Below the pieces are notes generated by a model. It searched no databases. It was not told where the DNA came from and was given only the letters and a program-made list of their open reading frames with translations. From contig JAQGDQ010001124.1 in the NCBI GenBank assembly GCA_030141605.1, forward strand, positions 1-34,496: 34,496 nucleotides of DNA. The letters run 5' to 3'. The first letter of the stretch is position 1, and the number at the start of each line of letters is the position of its first letter. Shown here piece by piece: positions 1 to 8,994 of the stretch. Both the position numbers and the translations under genes were made by a program. Source of the DNA: Tubiluchus corallicola. Taxonomy: Eukaryota > Animalia > Priapulida.

Positions 1-300
1 TTCAAGCATTTCCCCTTCACAAAAATGTTTGAATATGTAATGCAATTTCTGCTTATCTTGGTCATGAAAAATAAGATTTTGGTCAAGGAAAAGTCTGGGA
101 AATTTAGTTTAAAATTCTGTGGGAACTTTGTATATATATACATATATATATGTATATATATATAGTATTTATATAAATAAAGCATGTATAGATAATACAT
201 ATATTACATATATATGTGTAAACTGTTTTAACAGTATAAGCAAGCTCAGCAGTGCCCAAAAGTTAACTTATTTTATTTTTTTATTTTTGCATGAATTTTT
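1..300 (+). repeat. Dispersed repeat, copy 1 (near-identical to 6774-7106), includes a (TA)n-rich tract
   Basis: Both copies run from ttcaagcatttccccttcacaaaaatg to tttgcatgaattttt; they differ mainly in the TA tract and a 6-bp indel. Confidence 0.92.
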
Positions 301-394
301 CTCATTGTGTATTCCCACATTGCTCTGCCCCATTTCAGCTTTATTTCTTTCTCCATTTTTACACTTTCATCCATCTTCTCTTTCATCTCCTCAC

Positions 395-722
395 TTCTCT
401 TCTCTTCTAACTTCTTTCCTCTTCTCCTCTTGTCTAGTCTTCTCTTATAATTTCTTCTCATTTCTCCTCTCTCTCTCTCCTCTTCTCTTTTCTTCTCCTT
501 TCCTCTCCTCTTTTCTTCTCTCCTCTCCTCTTTTCATCTGCACTCTTCTCTTCTCTTCTCTTCTCTTCTCTCTTGTAACTTCTTTCCTCTTCTCGTCTTA
601 TCTTCTCTTGTAATTTCTTCTATTTTCTCCTCTTTCTCTCCTTTCCTCTTTTCTTCTCCTCTCCTCTCCTTTCTTCTCCTCTCTTTTCATTTCTTTCTCC
701 ATAGCCTTACTTTTGTTCTTTT
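395..722. repeat. CT-rich low-complexity repeat, internally duplicated; 560-722 is the reverse complement of 1348-1530
   Basis: tttctccatagccttacttttgttcttt pairs with aaagaacaaaagtaaggctatggagaaa; cttgtaacttctttcctcttctcgtctt pairs with aagacgagaagaggaaagaagttacaag. Confidence 0.85.
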
Positions 723-812
723 TCATCACCTCATTTTCTGTCTTTACAATTGTTTATTTTAACACCAAAGCTTGTATCTCTATTGCTAAGCTAACTAGAA
801 GTTTTGTTGCAG

Positions 813-942
813 GAATCTGCATCAGCAGACATTCCTGATTTTAACAGCAGAGTTAAGCTGCCAGCCGACGATCTTATGAGTGAAGATGTTCAGGTGGGAC
901 GTTCCTGGGAACTAAGATGTTCTGCAACGCAGAAATTCACAG
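813..942 (+). CDS. Candidate internal exon of an unidentified plus-strand gene (ESASADIPDFNSRVKLPADDLMSEDVQVGRSWELRCSATQKFT/A)
   Basis: Branch-like CTAAC at 791-795, acceptor ttttgttgcag|G, donor CAG|GTAATT, open frame of 130 nt, higher complexity and GC than the flanks; no family recognised. Confidence 0.55.
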
Positions 943-983
943 GTAATTACCTCTGAGTCAAATAAACTGCACTCAAAACACCA

Positions 984-1357
984 AAGGAACGGACAAGTCA
1001 CTTAGCGTGTTGGGTTTATTTTACTGTTATGACTTAAACTGTTTGTGGTGTGCTAAAGGAAAGAACAAGTCACTCAGTACGTTGAGTTTATTTTACTGTT
1101 ATCACTTCAACTGTTTGTGGTGTGCTAAAGGAAAGAACAAGTCACTCAGCATGTTGGATTTATTTTCCTGGTATCACTTCAACTGTTTGTGGTGTGCTAA
1201 AGGAAAGAACAAGTCACTCAGTTTGTTGGGTTTATTTTACTGTTATCACTTAAAGTGTTTGTGGTGTGCTAAAGGAAAGAACAAGTCACTCTGTACGTTG
1301 GCTTTATTTTACTGTTATCACTTAAACTGTTTGTGGTGTGCTAAAGGAAAGAACAAA
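984..1357. repeat. 72-bp minisatellite, about 5 copies
   Basis: gtttgtggtg recurs at 1041, 1113, 1185, 1257 and 1329. Confidence 0.95.
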
Positions 1358-1530
1358 AGTAAGGCTATGGAGAAAAAAATGAAAAGAGAAGGGAAGGGAA
1401 GAGAAGAGAAGAGAGGAGAAGAAAGGAGAGGAGAAGAAAAGAGAAGAGGAGGGAGAGGAGAAAAGAGAAGAACTTATAAGAGAAGTCAAGACAAGACGAG
1501 AAGAGGAAAGAAGTTACAAGAGAGAGGAGA
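1348..1530. repeat. GA-rich repeat, inverted copy of 560-722
   Basis: Reverse-complement match, including the non-simple segments. Confidence 0.85.
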
Positions 1531-1882
1531 AAAGAAGACAATGGTGTTCAAAATGGACGCGCCCTAGCGTGAATGATAGTGACTTAAACACGATTTTGCT
1601 AATTACACGAGGTGCTTACCAAACTTTTGTTATAAAATCTTTCTAACGTTTTTCATAAACACTGATTTAAGTCTAACATCGCTGAAGGCTTGATCTTTCC
1701 TATAAGTATAAAGGAAGGTGTTTTGTGCAAGTTTAAAAATAAAACAAAACATATAAGAGCAGCACAGAATATAGTCCTAGCTTAACATTTTTGTTGTTTA
1801 ATCACTAATCAATATGGCCTCATTTTTACCATGTCCCTCAATACAAGGACTAAACCATCCATGGAAACTACTTTCCTTTATT

Positions 1883-2320
1883 ACCAAGGCGAAGTGTTTC
1901 TATGAATGAATTTCCTAATCCAAGTGGGTCTAGCAGAAGGACTTTGGAAACAGAACCAGAATACGTCAGAAACCAAAGTGACATGTTTCCATGAATGAAT
2001 TTTCTAGCCCAAGGTGTTCTTGTAAAAGGACTATGGAAAAAGAACCAGAATGCATCAAAAAAGTGAAGTGTTTCTATGAATGAATTTCTTAAAGCAAGTG
2101 GGTCTAGTAAAAGGACTCCGAAAAAGGAACCAGAATATGTCAAAAACCAAAGTGAAGTATTTCTATTGATAAATTTTCTAAAGCAAGTGGGTCTAGTAAA
2201 TGGACTCCAAAAAAGGAACCAGAATATGTCAAAAACCAAAGTGAAGTGTTTTTATGGATAAATTTTCTAAAGCAAGTGGGTCTAGTAAAAGGACTCCGAA
2301 AAGGAACCAGAATATGTCAG
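1883..2320. repeat. ~85-89-bp minisatellite, 5 copies
   Basis: gaaccagaat recurs at 1953, 2042, 2127, 2216 and 2304. Confidence 0.92.
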
Positions 2321-2415
2321 TAGCCTTTTGAGCAAATTTTCCTGTCAGTTGCAAAGAAATCATGATAAAAATTGATTATTCCACAAATAAAGACGACATT
2401 TGGCAAAATACTTAA

Positions 2416-2872
2416 CCCTTTCATACCGGCTGTATCCCGTGGGATACGAGAATATTTTCTGCCTTTAAAATTAATAAAATTTTAAAATTGACAGTTATTT
2501 GATCTGTTAATAGTTATTTTGATTTAAGCCAATATCAATAGACTAAAAATGGTGATAAAATGGCAAACTAGAAAATCTACATAGCATAAAAAACTGTGCA
2601 AGGTACAGTACTTTAGAGACGACTTTGTACAGATCAGCATAGCGTGCATACTAAATGTCTTAAATACTTTAAAACATTATCAGCAGTTGCAAAATGAAGC
2701 ACATTTTATGCTTCTATTGAATCTCAATGTATCCCGTGGGATACAGGCTATATTTAGCACAGGGGCACAGGTAGAAAAAAAAATTATTATGTGTAAACAA
2801 GATGGACATACTGAACAAAAGTACCAAGCCAAATTTTTTTTCTTATTAAAAAATAATTTGGGACTGAAAGGG
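2416..2872. mobile_element. piggyBac-like MITE, 457 bp
   Basis: TTAA on both sides (2412-2415, 2873-2876); TIRs CCCTTTCATACC / GGACTGAAAGGG; near-palindrome TGTATCCCGTGGGATAC twice internally (2431, 2728); no ORF. Confidence 0.85.
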
Positions 2873-2956
2873 TTAATACATAAATTATTATATATTAAAA
2901 AATAAATAATATTTAGCATCATAACACAAGCAGTGACACAAATTATATATTTTCAG

Positions 2957-3018
2957 CTAATTTCGAAGGCGTATGGTACTGCTTGGACGGCTCCTGTGAT
3001 ATAATTGCAGAATGGTAA
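2957..3018 (+). CDS. Candidate terminal coding exon of the same gene (ANFEGVWYCLDGSCDIIAEW*)
   Basis: Acceptor tattttcag|CT is phase-compatible with 813-942; TAA at 3016-3018; AT-rich UTR-like tail with AATAAA at 3261-3266. Confidence 0.5.
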
Positions 3019-3374
3019 ACGGAACAATAGACAGAACTTCAGAATTTCGATAAATCTGAAGAATTCAGCTTTGAAACTTCTAATTTTCCTATGTTACTTT
3101 TAGTGTATCTCTGTTTATTTATATTATTTATCATTACATTATTCTATATTTTTATCAATGACCTTAATATTGAGATTTTTTGTTACATGACCGAAATTTT
3201 GTTTTTAACACAGAGGTCATCTTCATTTGTCTATTTATGATGAAGAAAAAAATTAAAATGAATAAACTGTATGTTAAAACGTGATAAATTCTAGTGATAT
3301 TTAGTGATTAATTTTAATGTTACCAACCTGGGTACAATAATAATAATAATGCGCCTAAGATTAATAAACACTAT

Positions 3375-3602
3375 CGCCATCAACAACGCTATCACCAATC
3401 CCAACCACCTCCGACATCAACACCAGCACCGGCACCACTAACAAAAACAAAAACAACGACAACCTGCCAACATCAACAATGACAATGCCAACACCAACAA
3501 CAAAACAAACAACAGCTGCAGCAGCGGCAACAACACCAACACAAACACCACCGCCAACAACACCACCACCACCAACAACAACAATAACAACAACAACAAC
3601 AA
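3375..3602. repeat. Degenerate (CAA/CAC)n microsatellite
   Basis: Visible trinucleotide periodicity. Confidence 0.85.
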
Positions 3603-4318
3603 ATATCGTTACCATTGTATTTAACTAACGATAGTTATTATTACCTTTTTAAGGTTAGGTGACACGAATATTAAAAATCTAGTTATTAATGCTTTAAATG
3701 CATGTTTACAAAATAATCTGTGAAGGATATGTGAAGACTAACAATATTTCTATGTACGATCATTGCCAATTTTAAAAATTGTTCATTTTATGCATACTAA
3801 TTTCTTTCTTTTCTGGGTGTTTACACTAACTTACACTTTGTTATATTTTGTGTATCTTCAGTTCATATGAATATGTGTGTGCTGTATCTGTATGTAACGG
3901 CACGTAATAATAGAATAATAAAAGAATTATATATATATATATATATGGAAGGCAAAAGTGTTGTATTAAATTCATTGCACCAGTTTAAATCTCGAGTTGT
4001 ATTATTTATAGCTATGAGGTTTCACAAAGATGTCGTTTCCTTTCGTAAGAAATATTAATAACTTAATTGAGGCTAATAGAAAATAGCGCCACACAGTGAC
4101 ACTAGTCGAAAGCTTCTTTTCTGTAGTACCTATTGAGAAAACTGATTTTTTAGAAGCTGCCATTATTTCAGATTTATCTGCGCTTTTGTCATGTCCTCTT
4201 TTTAATCAACCTATGATACTAATGTTTAACTAGATCAAAGAAATAGTGACTTCTAATAGCATTAATATTCATCAGTTCATTTAGTTTTTGCTTGTTTGGT
4301 AATTAATTTATTAGATGA

Positions 4319-5977
4319 GACAGTGAACCAGACGGTGTAGCAAGTGAACAGTGAACCAGACAGTGTAGCAAGTGAACTGTGAACCAGACAGTGTAGCAAG
4401 TGAACAGTGAACCAGACAGTGTAGCAAGTGAACTGTGAACCAGACAGTGTAGCAAATGAACTGTGAACCAGACAGTGTAGCTAGTGAACAGTGAACCAGA
4501 CAGTGTAGCAAATGAACTGTGAACCAGACAGTGTAGCAAGTGGACTGTGAACCAGACAGTGCAGCAAGTGAACAGTGAACCAGACAGTGTAGCAAATGAA
4601 CTGTGAACCAGACAGTGTAGCAAATGAACTGTGAACCAGACAGTGTAGCAAGTGAACTGTGAACCAGACAGTGCAGCAAGTGAACAGTGAACCAGACAGT
4701 GTAGCAAATGAACAGTGAACCAGACAGTGTAGCTAGTGAACAGTGAACCAGACAGTGTAGCTAGTGAACAGTGAACCAGACAGTGTAGCTAGTGAACAGT
4801 GAACCAGACAGTGTAGCTAGTGAACAGTGAACCAGACAGTGTAGCTAGTGAACAGTGAACCAGACAGTGTAGCAAGTGAACTGTGAACCAGACAGTCTAG
4901 CAAGTGAACTGTGAACCAGACAGTGTAGCTAGTGAACAGTGAACCAGACAGTGTAGCGAGTGAACTGTGAACCAGACAGTGTAGCAAGTGAACTGTGAAC
5001 CAGACAGTGTAGCTAGTGAACTGTGAACCAGACAGTGTAGTAAGTGAACTGTGAACCAGACAGTGTAGCAAGTGAACTGTGAACCAGACAGTCTAGCAAG
5101 TGAACAGTGAACCAGACAGTGTAGCGAGTGAACTGTGAACCAGACAGTGTAGCAAGTGAACTGTGAACCAGACAGTCTAGCAAGTGAACAGTGAACCAGA
5201 CAGTGTAGCGAGTGAACTGTGAACCAGACAGTGTAGCAAGTGAACTGTGAACCAGACAGTGTAGCAAGAGAACTGTGAACCAGACAGTGTAGCAAGTGAA
5301 CTGTGAACCAGACAGTGTAGCAAGTGAACTGTGAACCAGACAGTGTAGCTAGTGAACTGTGAACCAGACAGTGTAGCAAGTGAACTGTGAACCAGACAGT
5401 GTAGCAAGTGAACTGTGAACCAGACAGTGCAGCAAGTGAACAGTGAACCAGACAGTGTAGCAAGAGAACTGTGAACCAGACAGTGTAGCAAGTGAACTGT
5501 GAACCAGACAGTCTAGCAAGTGAACAGTGAACCAGACAGTGTAGCGAGTGAACAGTGAACCAGACAGTGTAGCGAGTGAACTGTGAACCAGACAGTGTAG
5601 CAAGTGAACTGTGAACCAGACAGTGTAGCTAGTGAACTGTGAACCAGACAGTGTAGCAAGTGAACTGTGAACCAGACAGTGCAGCAAGTGAACAGTGAAC
5701 CAGACAGTGTAGCAAGAGAACTGTGAACCAGACAGTGTAGCAAGTGAACTGTGAACCAGACAGTGTAGCTAGTGGACTGTGAACCAGACAGTGTAGCTAG
5801 TGAACAGTGAACCAGACAGTGTAGCTAGTGGACTGTGAACCAGACAGTGTAGCTAGTGAACAGTGAACCAGACAGTGTAGCTAGTGAACAGTGAACCAGA
5901 CAGTGTAGCTAGTGAACTGTGGACCAGACAGTGTAGCAAGTGAACTGTGAACCAGACAGTGTAGCAAGTGAACTGTG
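4319..5977. repeat. 28-bp tandem satellite (GTGAACCAGACAGTGTAGCAAGTGAACT), about 59 copies
   Basis: Uninterrupted head-to-tail units with a few variant positions; no spacers. Confidence 0.98.
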
Positions 5978-6060
5978 CGGTGCACCGCATTTTTTCATTC
6001 AAAACAAAACAATATAATATTACATAAAATAATTAAATTTTAAAAAATTGTAGCAGTTAA

Positions 6061-6066
6061 TTTATT
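6061..6066 (-). terminator. Candidate polyadenylation signal of SLC35B4
   Basis: AATAAA on the minus strand about 235 nt after the stop; motif evidence only, in AT-rich DNA. Confidence 0.4.
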
Positions 6067-6301
6067 TAATATTTGAATCACATTATGCTAATAATCAACG
6101 ATTTTGACGAGCGACAGAACACTAATTACCGAAAAACTTGAATAGCTGCGACAAATGCTTGTAGCATACACCGGAACCAGACCTAACAATACTTGTAACA
6201 TTACAAGACTAAAATACAATGACTCTGTGTACCAACAATAAAGATTTCAGATACAATAAAACGGGTTAATAAATAAACAGTAAATAAAATCGAAACTCGG
6301 T

Positions 6302-6402
6302 TTAGTCGGTTTTCTTTTCCGGTGGCGGAGGGTTGAGCAATTTCCACACGTTGGAGTGCACGTCTGCGAAGAAGAGCGTTCCTATGAATACAGATGCGGT
6401 AC
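6302..6402 (-). CDS. SLC35B4: SLC35B4 last coding exon (TASVFIGTLFFADVHSNVWKLLNPPPPEKKTD*)
   Basis: Acceptor atttttag|G, stop TAA at 6304-6302, C-terminal KKxx motif. Confidence 0.93.
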
Positions 6403-6910
6403 CTAAAAATATTTACTTACATTAGTCAAGCTAAATATTAACAAATGATGTTTTATTTCAGACATTCTAGTTTTAATTCCCCAGGTGCTTCTGACGCCGG
6501 GATAAATCCCGCAGTTCGCTTCCCAACTTCCCATATGTGTATATAATCTGTCGGCCAATCATTATTTTTGAAACTGGGAGCCTGCCATTGCAAAATTTTA
6601 TCTGAACACGAATTGCCGAAAAATATGTCTGGAAAAATCAGTTCATGGTGATAAGTTTCCCAACGTTTTCCAATTTCCCCGACTTTTAGCTCCATTTTCA
6701 TCATTTTCCCTGACTCTTTACCGAATTATCTTTCTCCCTGAATTTTCCATGACTTTGCAGGATAGGCTGTATTTTCAAGCATTTCCCCTTCACAAAAATG
6801 TTTGAATATGTATACTGGTAATGCAATTTCTGCTTATCTTGGTCATGAAAAATAAGATTTTGGTCAGGGAAAAGTCTGGGAAATTTAGTTTAAAATTCTG
6901 TGGGAACTTT

Positions 6911-6948
<38 letters not shown>

Positions 6949-8898
6949 ATATATGTATATATATATATAGTATTTATATAAATAAAGCACGTATAGATAA
7001 TACATATATTACATATATATGTGTAAACTGTTTTAACAGTATAAGCAAGCTCAGCAGTGCCCAAAAGTTAACTTATTTTATTTTTTTATTTTTGCATGAA
7101 TTTTTTGATAATTTGATTTTGATACACCGGAAAGCAAAAATGTCCGGGGCATAATTTACGACTGCCCACCCCCCAGGCCTGCCAAGGACGAGAGGATGAC
7201 CGGGCTTTTTGTATTTCACACTCATTTTTACCCCAAATGGCTTATAAGGTACTCGCTTATAAGGTACATTTGCTTATAAGGTACTCGATTATAAGGTAAA
7301 AAGTGGAAGAGATAGAAAGAGAAGAAGAACAGTAGAGGGAAAGAGAGGGGAGAGGAGTAATATCCGAGGTTAACTGTATTTGGCACGCTACATCACTCAA
7401 GTTTCCTCCGACGGACAAATTTCCACAGTCACTGCTAGAACATGACATAAACTGCAGACTTCTTACCTATCCAATGGTAGGTAGTAAATGGATTCTGAAA
7501 GTAGAAGATGGAGATGAGGAGGCTGATGAATTTACGTAACGCAATCACCAGGTTGACAGTGAGCGACTTGCATTCTGTGGTTAAAACGTACACCGCACGT
7601 ATACCGATATACCTAAAGTCGTAGTTAAGGTTGCTTTATCCTATGTAAAAATACACAAAAGCAAAAAACCTATGTATGCATACCCTTTCAAATGCAGTTG
7701 GCACAGGGCCAAGACAACGTTACGAAATTCCAATAAATATTATATGGTAAACAAGATCATAAAACAATAACTTTTATTAATAATCTGTTGTGGAGATCGC
7801 TGGCATCTATTAGAATTACATAGAACATTGTAGAATGTTCTGTTAGAATAATCGTCTTACCGTGTAGAATGTTGTAGAAAGAAACGTCTAGAATCTTCCC
7901 TGGCACACTATATAAGGCGAAGCAGGCCGCTGACAGACACGCTGATTCACACGGACGCCACTTACAAATTCTCTTGTATACTTGCATTTTCAGATACACT
8001 CAAACGTTTTCCAGATTTTCACGTTTAGTGTAATCATTTCTGGTCTTCTAAAAACTCGGAATTCCGTGTATCCGCGAAAAATTCTCATTCCTGAGGTAAA
8101 GCTTTACACAGACTTTCACCTGCTTACCTGTAGGGACACGCGGGGAAGCAAGTCTTCCCATAAAGAACTTTTGGGCCTTTTAACAGAAAAAGAGACACGT
8201 GGCGACTTTGTGTTTTCTGCTGTTGTGCCAAAATGCTGGAATTCTTTGCCTCAAAGCTTAGGACCGTTTCTACAGTGCAACTATTTAAAAAAACATTTGA
8301 AGATATCTTCTTAAAAACTATTACGATCAATTCCAACTGTTGCTGTGGTCTTTTCTTTCTCTCGGAAGAGAAAGCCAGAAAACACTTCGTCAAATTAAAC
8401 TAGTTTATTAAGCGAGAATTCTACAACACAAAAGTATGAAGGAACGCGAAATGATTACAGTAAACGTGAAAATCTGGAAAACGTTTAAGTGTATCTGAAA
8501 ATACAAGTATACAAGAGAATGTGTGACGTCCATGTGAATCAGCGTGCGTGTGTGTCTCAGCGGCCTGCTTCGCCTTATACAGGGTGCCAGGGAACATTCC
8601 AGACGTTTCTTTCTAGAACATTCTACACGGTAAGACGATTATTCTAACGGAACATTCTACAATGTTCTATTTAATTCTAATAGATGCCAGCGATCTCCAC
8701 AACAGTTGCAAACTTTAACCCATTTTGTACTATAATTTCTTTGCTGTAGGTGATTCATTTTGTGCGTTTTGTGTAAAATTTTTAAATAAGTTTTTTATTG
8801 TTATATTTCCTCAATTGAGCATCTGTAACTATGAAGTTTTGCTGTACAGAAGCATTGAAAACACTTAGCTTGAAAGTGCATTTTATAAAATCTATTTT

Positions 8899-8994
<96 letters not shown>

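Noticed and set aside
119-613. 164-aa hydrophobic ORF
   Set aside because: Made of TA- and CT-rich low-complexity sequence with a non-ATG start
1007-1567. 186-aa Cys-rich repeat protein
   Set aside because: It is the 72-bp minisatellite plus a GA-rich tract, with a non-ATG start, inside a probable intron
4319-5977. CRISPR array (28-bp repeats) and the many overlapping minus-strand ORFs
   Set aside because: Units are contiguous with no unique spacers, there are no cas genes, and the context is eukaryotic; the ORFs are translations of the satellite
7786-8704. A single MITE with 255-bp TIRs
   Set aside because: The right arm continues as a longer unit also found alone at 28325-28559, the loop holds unrelated hAT and LINE fragments, and there is no TSD; two separate insertions explain it better
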